Positions 39,118 to 52,412 of a stretch of 64,000 nucleotides of DNA are shown one piece after another. The stretch is from Amoebidium appalachense (lineage: Eukaryota; Protista; Ichthyosporea), in contig CAVNZM010000014.1 of the NCBI GenBank assembly GCA_963693365.1, positions 1 through 64,000 on the forward strand. The letters are read 5' to 3'. Positions within the stretch are counted from its first letter, which is position 1; each line of letters opens with the position of its first letter. The translations under genes were made by a program, and so were the position numbers. The notes below the pieces were generated by a model. The model made no database searches. It had not been told where the DNA came from and saw only the letters and a list, made by a program, of their open reading frames with translations.

Positions 39118-39660
39118 CTCCCCCCCCCCCCCCCCCCCCTCTCTCTCTCTAGTCTCTCTCTCTCTCGCTCCCCTCCTCCCCTCCTCTCTCGCCCCCTCCC
39201 TCCGTCTCTCTCTCTCTTCTCTCGCTCGCTTTCTCTCTCTGTCTCTCTCTCTCTCTCTCCCCCCCCCCCCCCCCCCCCCCCCGCCTTTCTCTTTCTCTCT
39301 CTCCCTCCTTCTCCCTCCCTCTCTCGCTCTCCGCTGTTTCTCTCTGCCTCTCTCGTCCCCCTCTTTCTCTCTTCTCTCTCTCGCTCACTCTCTCTCTCTC
39401 TCTTTCTGTCTGTCTCCCCTTCGCCCCCCTCTCTCTTTCTCTCTCCTTCCCTTTCGCTCCCTCTCTCTCTCCTCTTTTTCTCTTTGCCTCTCTCCCCCCT
39501 CTCTCTCTCCCCCCCCCTCCCCCCCCCCCCCTCCGTTTCTCCCCCTTCTCTCTTTCTCGCTCGCTCTCTCCCTCTCTCTCTCTCTTTTCCCCCCCCCTCC
39601 CCTTGCTCTCCCCCCCCCCCCCCCCCCCTCCCTCTCCCCCCATCCCCTCCCTCCCCGCCC
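39118..39660. repeat. (CT)n / C-rich polypyrimidine tract, probably in a 5' UTR intron of RNPS1
   Basis: About 540 bp of almost pure pyrimidine between a candidate donor CAG/GTGTGT at 38892 and an acceptor TGCAG at 40055. Confidence 0.75.
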
Positions 39661-40070
39661 CACCATCCCCTGCCTGTTCCCCTACGCCTCCCCACTGTGG
39701 GTAACCCCTCACAACCCCCCGTATGTTCCTTCCCTCCTTGCCATAAGTACATTACCCCTACTACCACTAACCTAGGTCACATCTACACACTCTGTCTGTG
39801 GCTCTAAACCACCCTGTCCTCTTAGTTATTCCCTCCTATCGTTCACTGACGGTATGTGTTTCTACTCCGTGCAGCCTACACACGTGTGCACAAGACTTTG
39901 TAACCAAGGTGTCGAAGATTCACCCCATCATAATTGGATCGTACCACATAAGCTTATATATATTGCGGCCTGTTGTTGTTGTACTTTTTCAACCCTTTCT
40001 ATTTGACGTCCTACTGTAACCGTGTTTCCTATTCTGACTCAAACCGTATCTGCAGGTGTGCACTGGCAGT

Positions 40071-40121
40071 ATGGGCCGGAGTCGGAGTAGAACACGCAGC
40101 TCCAGTCGGAGGTGGGCACCT

Positions 40122-40156
<35 letters not shown>

Positions 40157-40254
40157 GCAGTAGGTCTGAGAGGAGGGCAGTAGCTGATTATGCAGGCCAC
40201 ATTAGTTGCATTTCCCCCTCCAATTTAACCCAACACACACACATACACACACAG

Positions 40255-40286
<32 letters not shown>

Positions 40287-40738
40287 GCGCGCTGTTTTTG
40301 GCCAAAGTACTTACCTCCCTCCGGTCCACACCAAACCCTACGCTTTGGGGCTTCCCATGCTTTACCCCTCCCCCCCCACTTCCCCTTCACCACCACCACC
40401 ACCCATCCACCCACTCACCCGAACACACCACACCCCAGCCTTTTGGGCTCCTCATGCTTTTGTTACCTGTCTCTCTCTCTCTTTCTCCCCCCCCCCCCCC
40501 CCCCCCCCCTGCTTATTATGCATACTCTTTATGTATGGCTTGCATTCTGCATCGTGTTATCCGTTTGTTCTTGTGTACTTCGTACTTTTTGACGCATTCA
40601 AAACCCCCCCCCTACAGCCATACACGCACAAAAAAAAATAATAATAAAAATAAAAGGATAGAATGGGCAGTGCTTATGATGAAAACATTCGTGTTGTCCA
40701 TTGTGAATCTGTACTGTATACTCTGTCAAGCTTCTACC

Positions 40739-40771
<33 letters not shown>

Positions 40772-41377
40772 AGGATGGGCTTTGCATATTATGCATACTC
40801 TTTGTTTGGTTTGCATTCTGCCCTGTGCTGTCCGTTGTTTTGTGGTCGTACTTCATAGCACATTCAACTCCCCCCACCACCACAATGGTGGACTACCTAT
40901 TAAATAATATTTGTCCCCCCCCCCCCTCTCCCCCCCCCGGCCAACACACACACACACACACACACACACCACCACCACCCCTGAAGTTCGCGGTCATCCC
41001 GTAGCTCCAGCCGGAGTGCAAGTCGTAGTCGCAGTAGGAGCAAATCAAAGTCAGCCCGCAGGTATGTGCCTGTGTGCATGCACGTGACTCGTGTGTGACA
41101 TCGTGTCTGGTGTGAGGGGGGGGGGGGGGGGGTCTGTGTGAATGTGTGTGGTTGCGGTGGCGAGGGGATGGGGGGGTTGGGATGTTGAGAGGGTGGGGTG
41201 TTGAAGGGGGGAGGGGGGGGGGATGATACAGGCCTGGAAGTAGAGGGGATAGTTGAACAGGCAGTTACGGCACGTGGGATCCAATGTGGTTGTATGCGTG
41301 CACGTGTGTGTCTGTGTCTTTTCTGTCTTTTGGCTGTTACAGCTTGTGAGATAGGAGAGGCTGAAAGGAGACGGGGG

Positions 41378-41411
<34 letters not shown>

Positions 41412-43412
41412 CTTGGCAGTGGGGGGTTGGGCTGTTGGTTGGGGTGTGTGAGGAGGGCAGGGGAGGGGGGGGGAGTGTTCTGGTTAGTGACCAAGGCTGA
41501 AGGGGTGAGTGCTGATGTGTGTGTGTGTGGGGTGGGGGGGGGGGGGGGGGGATATGAAAGGCCAGCGACCCGATCGGGTTTCGGTCTTACGCGGGGGGGG
41601 GGGGGGGGGGGGGGGGGGGGGAGTGGGTTGGATCATTTTGACTGTGTTGTGTATGTGTGCTGGAAAGGTTTGCCTATACGTGCTTGGTGAGCCACTCTCT
41701 AACTGGGTGTGTGGGGCAGCAAGAGGGAACGTACACCCTCACCAGCCAGCAAGACGTTAAAGATCACACAGCTGAGCCGCAATGTAAGCACAGACCACTT
41801 TAAGGAGATACTGGCCACGTACGGCACAGTCACCAGTCTGGACTACCCGCTGGATCCCATCACACACTGTGTGGGTGTACACACCCCTGCATGAACACAC
41901 GCTGTGCACACACATGCAGCAAGTTGGTGTCCATGTTGTTCTGTTGCTGGTTTTCATATGCCGTCGGGGCCGGCATTTGTGGTGCTTTGGTTATGGATGT
42001 CTTGGGCCTAGGGGCCGTGCATCCCAGCAGCACACATACACATGCACACGTACACACGGGCAGACAGACAGACACATGCACACATGTACACACACGCGCG
42101 TGCATGCGCGAACACCCGTACAGATACGCACACATGCACACAGATACACACTTGCATGCATGAACACACACACACACACATAGATACACACATATTCATA
42201 ATTCTTCACACACACAAAACATACATACACCGTTACACAAGCACCGGGCGTGTATCACACACACACACACACACACACACACTTACACACACAATAACTC
42301 CTCCTCTGCTAACCCCACCGCCCCCGTCCCCCCCCCCCCCCCCCTTTTTTTCATTTTCCCCGGGAGCTGGGCAAAAAACAAAGCTACCATGTAAGTTCCT
42401 TGCATCCACCCCCTATAAGTATGCCCACTTACCATCATTACCCCCAGCACACGGAGGAGGCCACGGTAGTGTATGAGAGTGAGGAGCAGGCCAGAGAGGC
42501 ACAGAGGAGGCTGGATGGGGGGCAGGTGGATGGGTTGGTGCTGAAGGTGGAATATGTGCTGCCGAGGAGTGCTAAGGTGCAGCGCAGGTGCGTGTGCGTC
42601 TGCTTGTGCGTTGGTGGGTGGGGTGTGTTTGGGTGTGCATGCTGTATATGCATGCTGTGTGGGCGTGTGTATGCGCTCTGCGCACGTGTGTCTGAGTGTG
42701 TGTGGCGAAGTGCTCACTGTGTTCGTGTGTGCTCGTTTGTGCTGTGTGGGTAGGTGCATGCATGCTGTAGTGTGCGTGTGCGTGCGTGCGTGCGTGCATG
42801 CGTGCATGTTTTGGGTGTGCATGTGGTATGAGTGTGCGTGCATGCGTGCCGTGTGTGGGTGTGCATGTGCGCTGCATGAGTGGTGTGCATTTTGTGTGTG
42901 TGTGTGCATGTGCCTGTGATGTGTATATGGATGGGTGGGTTTATTCGTGCTGTGTGCAAGTGTTCTGTGTGCATGCATGTGTGCTGTGTGTGTGTGTGTG
43001 TGTGTGTGTGCTTGGGTGCTTGGGTGCTTGGGTGCTCGGCATACATGCTGCGTGTGCATGAGTGCTGTACACCCTCCTTGCACCCCGTCTCCCCTCTACC
43101 CTTGCCTCTACGAAATGGCATATTCGAGGCTTCCCCCCCCCCCCCCCCCCCTACTTTGTACCGTGTTCCGCATTCAAAACCCCCCCCCCCCCCCCCCTCC
43201 TTTCTTTCAACCAGCTTTTACGTAGTTTTGACTTAGGGGCTCCCTTCGCAAAAAACGGGGTTTTACAGTTTTCTAAAAACGATCCGATCGAACCGTGCCG
43301 ATGTGAATGCTACTTCTGGTGTGAATTGTGCCCAAACCGTGTTCGGTACACAACTATCTGTTCACTAAGGCACATTCTAACCTCCCGTTCAACCCCCACT
43401 CTACACAAAGAG

Positions 43413-43448
<36 letters not shown>

Positions 43449-43958
43449 GGCCCAGTCCCGTACGTCGTGGCTGGCAGCCAAGCACCTATGGCCGGTCTGG
43501 GTGGCAGCGGAGATACAGCCCAAGGAGGCGCAGTAGGTCTAGGGGGAGATCACGTGACAGGTCTAGGAGAAGATCACGTGACAGGTCCAGAGGGAGATCA
43601 CGTGATAGGTCTAGGGGGAGGTCACGTGACAGGTCCAGGGACAGAAGGCGGCGCAGGTCATATTCGTCGTCATCAAGGTGGGAGCCTGTCTCCCCCCCCC
43701 CCCTCAAGATGGGTTGACCCTCCCAAGTTCAGTTGATGCTGCTGTCTGAGTTGGAGAGTCGTATATACGCGGGCTAAGGGGTCGAAACTCAGACGCAATT
43801 GATGACTTGGGCCCTCCCTGAGGATGGGCTCTGCTTATGACGCATACTGTGCGCATGGCTGATGTTGCATACTTGAATGTTTGCCTTTGCATGTGTCCTG
43901 CACCATGCTTCTCATCGTGTATGCGTACTTCGTACCGTGTTCCGCATTCAACCCCCCC

Positions 43959-44008
<50 letters not shown>

Positions 44009-44644
44009 AGGTGCTGATCTCTCGAAGATGCCCCCCCCCCCCCTTCCCCCCCCCCCCCCGAGGATGTGCCCTGCTTATTATGCATACTCTCTGTTTGGTT
44101 TGCACTCTGCATCCTGTTGTCGGTTGTTTGTGTACTTCGTACTTGATAGCGCATTCAACACCACCACCACCCCCTCCCCCTCCCCCTCCCCCGGCATGTG
44201 AAATGAATGGTGTTGTCGATCAGTATGTGACGTCATTGGGTGGTGGCCGCGCTATATCTAGCTTCATAGCAGGGGGTGGGTGCTGTGGTGTGATCACTGC
44301 AGCACACATGACAGGAGGTGATCACAGTTTACTGCATGCAGCCACAGCACACACCTAGTAGATGAAAGCACGTGCAATCATATATCTCTCTGGCTACTTC
44401 TTGCATTCTTGCATATGTGCCACATACACGCACATACACACACACTGACCCACTCCCCCGCAGGTCCAGGAGCCGTAGTTCGAGCAGGTCAAGCAGGTCC
44501 AGCCGCTCACGGTCATCTAGATCTAGAACTAGATCGAAATCGAGATCTAGATCTAGGTCATCCAGCCGCAGCTCCAGGTCATCTAGAAGCTCCAGCTCAC
44601 GATCGCAGTCTAGATCCCGATCAAGGTCCAAATCACGCAAATGA
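40071..44644 (+). CDS. RNPS1: RNA-binding protein with serine-rich domain 1 (EJC-associated ASAP/PSAP component), 6 coding exons, 271 aa
   Basis: Exons 40071-40111, 40987-41061, 41720-41870, 42448-42587, 43450-43677, 44464-44644; total 816 nt, phases match. RS-rich N-terminus; RRM with QLSRNVSTDHFKEILATYG and LDGGQVDG (RNPS1 has LTRNVTKDHIMEIFSTYG and MDGGQIDG); RS-rich C-terminus. Confidence 0.88.
40509..40868 (+). repeat. Poly(C)-bounded ~100-bp repeat units related to the 3' half of the dispersed intronic element
   Basis: Units at 40509-40605 and 40771-40868, with a diverged unit near 40660-40737. Shared (GAGGATG)..GC(T/A)TATTATGCATACTC...TACTTC...CATTCAA. Further units at 43152-43179 and 44060-44158. 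Confidence 0.7.
43704..43951 (+). repeat. Dispersed structured element, copy B (RNPS1 last intron)
   Basis: Near-identical to 27254-27487; has poly(C) on both sides and is followed by a related unit at 44060-44158. Confidence 0.9.
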
Positions 44645-45209
44645 ATGTCCCCACACTCGTAACTAAGGATGCTGGGTGTTATCCAATAGAAACAAATATA
44701 TAATTGAATGTAGGTTTTAGATTTGAATGTGTGCGATTTTGAGCTCCACAATACGAATAGCCTTTGTATTCTTGCAAAAGAGTGGTGGAGTGATGATGCA
44801 AGCCCCAAATAAAGTCGAAACTGGTTGATGGCGTGTGGGTGGCTGGTTAGGTGAGTGTTTCTGAAGAGCATGGGTGCACGTGTGAGTGTAGAGACTGTGT
44901 GTGTGTATATATGCATGTGTGCGTGCGGGCGAATGTGTGTGCATGCGTGTAACCGTGTGTGTGCGCGTACAGCTGTATGTGCCTGTGCATGTGCCCGCGC
45001 GTGCGTGTGGGTGGGACAGTTTGTGTAAGTATGTCCCCCGGCTGTGTGTGTGTATGTGCCTGCACGTGCGTTGCCTTTACCTGTGCGCATGAATGAGTGG
45101 GTGCATGAGGGGCGTGTGTGCATGTACGTGTGCTTAGGGTAGGTTGGTGTGGACATGTCTGTTTTGTGTTCGTGTGTGGGTGCACGGGTGGGTGTGAGCG
45201 CGAGGGAGC

Positions 45210-45267
<58 letters not shown>

Positions 45268-46055
45268 CGTGTGTGTGTGTCTGTGTGTGTGTGTGTGTGT
45301 AACTGTCACGGTGTGTGTGTGTGTGTGTTGTACGTATACGTAGACATCATGTTTTGTCTAGAGTTAGGATTGTGGTGGTTAATTGCAACATACGCATGTG
45401 TGTATGAGATAACGGTCACGTGACTGTGATTTTCTTACTTAGTTAATGGTTGTGTGTAGATAGACGGAAAGTTTTTGGATAGAGGCGTGTACAGGGGCAT
45501 TAACAGGTGCATCTAAATAGATATGTAGTTGTTGTGTGTAGGTATACAGGTACACACGTTTCAATGTTGTGATTCAATTTACATTGCTTTAAATAGTAGA
45601 TGTATTTGTGGTGTATGTACTTGGCAGGGTGCATGCACTTGTTGGTTGTGTAGCCGTGTGTATTGAAAAAATCTAGATGTGCATTGGTTGTGTGTGGATG
45701 TACGTATTGGTTGTGAGTAGATAACCTTTGTGGGTATACCTAAATACGTGACTAAAGTTTTTTGTGTAGATATATGAGTAAGGGTCTAGCTAGATAGTTA
45801 TCTGTCTAGATATTTACTGGTTTTTGCAGAAAGATATGAACTTTTTGAATGATAACAGATATGTATACCGTGACTTATCTGCAAATTCCTTTCAGGCTGA
45901 AAATCGAGTCAGTTATTTTCATCAAATGACTCGGAGAGGAGGTTCGTTGATTAATGAATGTCCCCCGCCCACCTGTAATTACCTCCCCCCCCCCCCACAC
46001 ACACACACACACACACACACACCGTGACACACACACACACACACACACACACCGT

Positions 46056-46096
<41 letters not shown>

Positions 46097-46587
46097 ACAC
46101 ACGCACACACACACACACACGTGCGCATGGTCTTTTGCTCTTCCTTGCCGCTTATATGCTTCATCCTGCCGTCCAGATATACGTATATGTACCTGGAGAG
46201 GCTATCCCAAACTTAATGCGGGTATATCCACCAGCAAGTTTATCTGCACAGTACCGGGATCAAATAAGTCCTCCCAGATCCTGCTGAACAGAGGGATGGC
46301 CACCATTTACTCGGCCCTGAGTCTCTGCACAAACTTTGTGACACCAAACATGCATGCGCGTGTGTTTGGCACCCGGGTCCGGGGAGGGGATCGGAGGGGG
46401 GGGGGGTGGGGGTGGATTGGGGGCAGGGAGGGGGGGAAGGGGGGGGGGGGGGGGGGCTGGCTTGTGAAAGGGGGAAAGAGGGGGAGGGGGGGGGGGGGGG
46501 AGCGGGAGAGAGAGAGAGAGAGAGAGAGGGGTTTACGCTGTTTACTCGAGGCAGAGAGAGAGAGAGAGAGAGAGAGGGAGGGAGAGG

Positions 46588-46625
<38 letters not shown>

Positions 46626-46969
46626 GAGAGGAAGAGGGACGGAGGGAGGGGAAAGGAGGAGTTGGTGAGGGAAAGGGCCTGACTGTGGAAAGCGGGAGGG
46701 CGAGGAAGGTGTGTATGTGTGTGTGGGGGGGGGGGGTGGAGGGGGATGCATGTGTTTGTAGACCAAAACATTTCTTGGTTCCATCCGATCTCCTCGAATT
46801 GCAGAGTAGGGGCCTCTGCATAGGTTTTACTCTACAGAGACTGTGGCGAGATTTTTTATGATAAGCACTGTGGTGGCATAGATGAAGAAAAAAGCTAAAC
46901 CACGCTGTCACCCCTCCCCCTCTCCACCACCCTAGCCGCACGCCACTCCCACCTAGGCCTCCCTCCCCA

Positions 46970-47002
<33 letters not shown>

Positions 47003-47582
47003 ACACACTCTCTCTCTCCCTCCCGCAACAAGGGAGCTCGCCACCCCTCCCCCCCCCCCTTCTCCCCCCTCCTCGCCCCCTGCCCCCCCCAGCCCCCTAG
47101 TCTAGGCCTAAAGCTAGCTAACCCCCCCCCCCCCCCCCCCCCCCTCCCCCCTCCACCCCGGGTCACTAACAACATGACAGTGGCTACAAGTTAAGAACAG
47201 TGGACCACGGCCACATTCTTCAAAGTTTTGGAGGGGTTCTAATAGGCAGACGGCGGACGGCGTATTCAAATCGCCAAGTAGGGGCATAAATAATATTTGG
47301 ATAGATTTTGCTCTAATGAGACCATAGTGGATTAATAAATAGTTAGGGGACAGAGGACGGGGTCGGGGCGAGAGGGAGAGTAGGGGGAAGGGGGTGGGGT
47401 GGGGGGTGGGGGGGTGGGGGCCGTAAGGGGACTGCCCCGGCACACTGTGATTCAGGCATTGATATTGTGCTTCGGTGTTTATAAAATCTGTGTATGTGCA
47501 AAGGCCACAGCCTTTTCCAAAACTAGCAGGTCTATCTCGACAATTTCACCGGTATTCAAGTTAACTATAGCCCCCCGCCCCC

Positions 47583-47634
<52 letters not shown>

Positions 47635-48013
47635 ACACACACACCTCCCCTTCCCTACCTCCCCCCTCACCCAAGCTCCTCCCCCCTCGTGCAAAAACGA
47701 AAAGAACGTCTTGAATAACCAATTTCGTGCTATAATACTCTCATGCCCCCCTTCTTCCCCTTCATTCCTGTACTAACCACCGAATCATAAACAAGCGTTT
47801 AAATTCACCACCAAGGGCATACAATTAGCTCATATATATGCCTACTAGCTATTATGGGCTCATAAGTTCACTTAGGCTACTAACTGCACATGCCCATACA
47901 TTCGACCAAGAGGTGGCTAGGGTCTGGAGCAACCCTCACTTTAGGTGGCATGATATGTTACCAATCACCTGAGGTCTATGTAGTAGGTCGTTCGCACGGG
48001 CAGACTGGCGCGC

Positions 48014-48080
<67 letters not shown>

Positions 48081-49008
48081 GGTAAGTTGTGGAGGAGAAA
48101 GGGGGGGGGGAGGGGAGGGGGGGGGGGGGGGGGGGGGGATGTGTGTGTCCCTACATGATTGTGCATGTGTGTGTGTGGTGGTGGTGGGGGGCTGTTGGGG
48201 CAGGTAGCCCAAGCGCGCGGCACACTGTCAGCCTGTCCGGACGTCCCTGGGCTTGTTGTTTACAAGACCATATATAGTTGTTGTAGAAAAGAGGTGATTG
48301 GTCAATTGCGAAACCTCGATCATTGAACACCTGCGGCACAAGCACGCGAACTTTGTTCAAGAGGCTCTTGGAGTATTAGCTCCGGCCACTCATTTGAAAT
48401 TTTTTTCTACACCCGGTTTACAAAGAATGTAGCGGTTTTTTTTTATGCTATGAATATTTTCATATTATTCTGCTCGTTTTTTTGTTGTTGTCGTGCGCAA
48501 GCCACCACTTTTGCACTTTGCCCTGACACATGGCCCAGTGCACGTGCAGTGGCACCGAGTGGCCCATGCGCGCATGAAACGAGACTGCTGCAAACCCGCT
48601 GAACCATGAACAGCAAATGGGCATTTTAACGTGTAGAGAAACTTTTCGTGTGCATGATCATAACGGTTTTGGAAAGTTCTGTACTTTACACGTGTGGCTG
48701 TGCATGCTTGACAGCTACCATAATAATTGTGACCCAAAAAAAAAAAAGAAAAAAAGAAAGAAAGATTAATTCTTGGTGTTGGGTTAGGCAGGCACGTATA
48801 CACAGCGGAGTGGCTTTTCACCTGCCACACACGAAAACCCGTTAGCTGCTCGCCCATCATGCCCTGCCTATCCTCCGTTCGCATGCATTTTCCCACGAAC
48901 CCACGTTACTAACGGTGGCCCAATTTGAACAAATGGGCCTTTGTCCCTGCACACGTGTCATAATGGGTAGAACAATTGGGGCATTTTCATTACGTGGGCG
49001 CCCAAAAG

Positions 49009-49016
49009 TATAAAAA
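49009..49016 (+). promoter_or_regulatory. Putative TATA box of the orphan gene
   Basis: TATAAAAA, followed by a likely non-coding exon ending at donor AAG/GTGCGT (49126). Confidence 0.45.
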
Positions 49017-49769
49017 GGAAATCAGTCGGCCCCACCACCTCAGTCTGCCCTGTAACAGTCTTCCGTGGCAGTTTTATCACTTTTCCCCGCTCTCGTTTTG
49101 TGGAGTTACGTCCTAAACCGCCAAGGTGCGTTGATTTTACAGTTTGAAAACGAAGGATGCTGGTGGTTTGGATTCCCTAAATAGTTGCAAGTTACTCGGT
49201 CTGCTAGGCCGGGAAGTTGCTAGAAAATCTTGGAATACATGTGTTTTCTGACGGTTGTAATTACTGTTCTAACTCTGCCTGTTTATCGCTGAAGCCCTTA
49301 AACCTAGCATGGCCATTGCTATAACGGTCCCCCCTCCCCCCCCCCCCCCCCCCCCCCCCCCAACTCTCCTTCCTCCCTCCTTTCGGAGGCTAGAGACAAG
49401 CCTTTGGACGTAAGTGCGTAGAATTCGAGCTTGGAATATAAAAAAAGTTTTAGAGCATGTCCAAACAAATTGAAACGATACTGACAAGGGGGAGGCACAA
49501 ACACACACACACCGTATGCACACCCCTGCACTCCAATATGCATGCAAACGTACACACCAAATTACACAAATACAACACCACGTGCACACATACACAAAAA
49601 AACATGCACGCACACACACACACAAAACACTCACAAAACACTCAACACAAAAAAACATGACGCACACACACACACACAAAACACGCACAAAACACCCAAC
49701 ACAAAAAAACCCATATCACGTGGCGCGCACTGTGACACACACACAACGCACATACACGTATACACGCAG

Positions 49770-50701
49770 ATGCTGCTTCCAGCCATCACTGTTGAGGACT
49801 TTCAGGCCGAGTATGACGTGCAGGAGGGGGGCAAGGTGGGGCAGTATGCCATCGAGAGTATCGAGGCAGGGATGGAGTTTGAGCGCTACGAGATCCCGGC
49901 TAGGGTCACCTACAACTGCCCGGAGGGAGAGAAGGTTGGGAATGTCTCTCTCTCATGATTCTCTCTTTCTCTTCCCCCCCCTCCCCCTCTCCCCCCGCCC
50001 CCCACCCCCCCCCCCCCTTCCCCTCTCCCCCAACACACACATACAAAATCCCTCCCACCCACCCACACCTCCCTTCAGCTCTGCGATTTTCCCGCTTCCC
50101 CTAATGTTTAGTGTATAAAAATGAATGTTAGATTCAATATCATAGTGCCTTACATAATATTCAGGCACCTTATTAATCGGCCTTCCCCTCCACCCCCCCC
50201 CCCCCCCCCCCCCCCCCCCGGGCCATCCCCCTCCCTTTCCACTCCTCCCCAAATACCTACCCGCGCACCCAACTCCTTCACCTCCCCTCTTCCCCTTTAT
50301 CTTGCCTGTGCACATTTCACACTTGACTACCCGAGACATGCACGGACTATACAAACATAGAGCCGGATACAGATAAAGCCACACCCCCCCCCTTCCCCTC
50401 TCACCAATCCATTCCTTCTACCACACCTCAAAAATTACTCACACTGACATGTGCCCTGCAGGACAAGCTCCTAGAGTCCCTCAAGAAGCACATTGGGGAG
50501 GACGGCCGCATCCTCTACTCGGCCCTGGGCTCACCCTACGAGGTCTACTACGGCAAGCCCGAAATCGAGAGCATGGGGGACGGCAAGATCACGGTGTTCC
50601 AGACGGGCTGTGCCATAAGGCGCCGTGACCTGCCCACCCAGCAGCAGAGCCAGGACCAGGGGGCCCCCAGTGGTGCACCTAAGAAGCGCAAGACAAAGTA
50701 G
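49770..50701 (+). CDS. Small uncharacterised protein with C-terminal NLS-like PKKRKTK (134 aa, or 147 aa if upstream mini-exons are used)
   Basis: Exons 49770-49934 and 50462-50701, phase 0, strong coding codon bias: MLLPAITVEDFQAEYDV...RVTYNCPEGEK/DKLLESLKKHIGEDGRILYSALGSPYEVYYGKPEI...PKKRKTK. Possible in-phase upstream exons at 49309-49326 and 49389-49409. Confidence 0.8.
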
Positions 50702-50928
50702 GGTGGGCACTGTGTGCAGGAGAGAAAAAAAAATGAGTAAAGATATGAAGATTATGTCGTACGTGGATTATGTGGCAGCCAGATTTGCTTGTTTGAGCAT
50801 CGGGTCTACGTATTACCCATATTCCCCTGTGCCTACCGTGTTCCCTCCCTCCCCTCCCCCCCCCGCGTTCGCCCCGCCCTTCGAGCTCGTGGTTCCCCAG
50901 AATTAAACATGTTTACAACTCTGTCCCG

Positions 50929-50966
<38 letters not shown>

Positions 50967-52111
50967 TTCTTTACCCAATTCCTCCCCTACCTTGCCCTAC
51001 CACAACCTTCCAATCCTATCATTCCTAAATCCATTCCCCTCCCACCCCACCTCTCCCACCCACCCTCCTTCCTCTCTGGGTGCCCTGTTGTTTTTCACCA
51101 CGCTACTACCCATTGGTCCATTATCACATGGCTGCATGGGGCATCACGTAGCATGCTAGTTCACACTGGCGCTTTAATGGTTCTGACTGCTCGAATGGTG
51201 CTCCTATCGTACATCCTCCCCACGAATCCCCGGGCCTCTCATCCCGTACAACACTTTTCTGAGCCCCACATCTTTTGAGCACCTCTGTGTTCCATCCCCC
51301 CCCCCCCCCCCCCATCCTTCCACCCTCCCTCCCTCCCCCCTCCTCCCCCCTCCCCCCGCCCCTGCCTTCCCGAGCTCAATGCCCCCCCCCCCCCCCCCCC
51401 CCCCTCTTTCCCCGTCCTCTTGTGGCCACCCCCACCCGGACCCTCCACTCCCAAACATCTTTTCAAGTCTATGCCATGGTGCAGTGCAAAGGCCAAGTGC
51501 GTATCGTAACAGGCACGGGGTACCACAAAAATCAAAGTTTTGTGGCACATAATGGCACCTAAACCCACAGGCCTGTCATATTCAGTGTTTTGGCTCGAGT
51601 GTTCTCCTTGCTGCGTGGAGCTGCATTGTGTCGCCACATGTGCAAGATGGGGCACATTTGTGCTACTACGACCACACCACGTGCATGTGCTCATGCTGCT
51701 GTGGGGCTAAACACACACACCTTCGAGTTATAGGTTTTGCTTACATACATCACTTACAGTGCAGGGGGGGACTGCATACGGCGAGTGTTTTTTTTTTATA
51801 TGTTCACACCATGCACACTCATCGACCTACTCTCACACTCATATTATTACCCCCTGCGAGGCAGTTGAAGCAAAACACCAGCAGGAAAAATAGCATCCGG
51901 GGGGCAGCGAGGGTAGCCTAAGAGCGGGGGGAGGGGGGGGGGGGGGGGAGGGGAGGGGGAGGGGGGGAGGGGGGGGGGGGGGGACAATACATAGGTAAGT
52001 TTGCCAATTAGGAGGGTTAGAGTGTGGGCCGAGGGACAGATGTTGGAGAGCCACAGAGCACAGGCAGGCACGTGTAGACGCCGAGCTCGAGTACGGTTTT
52101 TTTTTTTTTTT

Positions 52112-52157
<46 letters not shown>

Positions 52158-52347
52158 GGGGGGGGGGCGGGAGGGGGGGTGGTTCGCAATCACCGCAACT
52201 GCACGGGAGGCTGCACGGGAGGGAGCCAAATTATGTTGCCAGAAACGAAAATATACCACTCGAATTTGGACTGCTTTCAAAATTTGTTATTGTTATCTGC
52301 TTAAGAACGAGGTGATAAAGCCACGAACACAGGCATGTGCATGCATA

Positions 52348-52412
<65 letters not shown>

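Noticed and set aside
46193-46325. Exon-like minus-strand segment between TGCAG and GTACAT
   Set aside because: Stops in all three frames; the faint resemblance to peptidyl-tRNA hydrolase has the wrong motif spacing.
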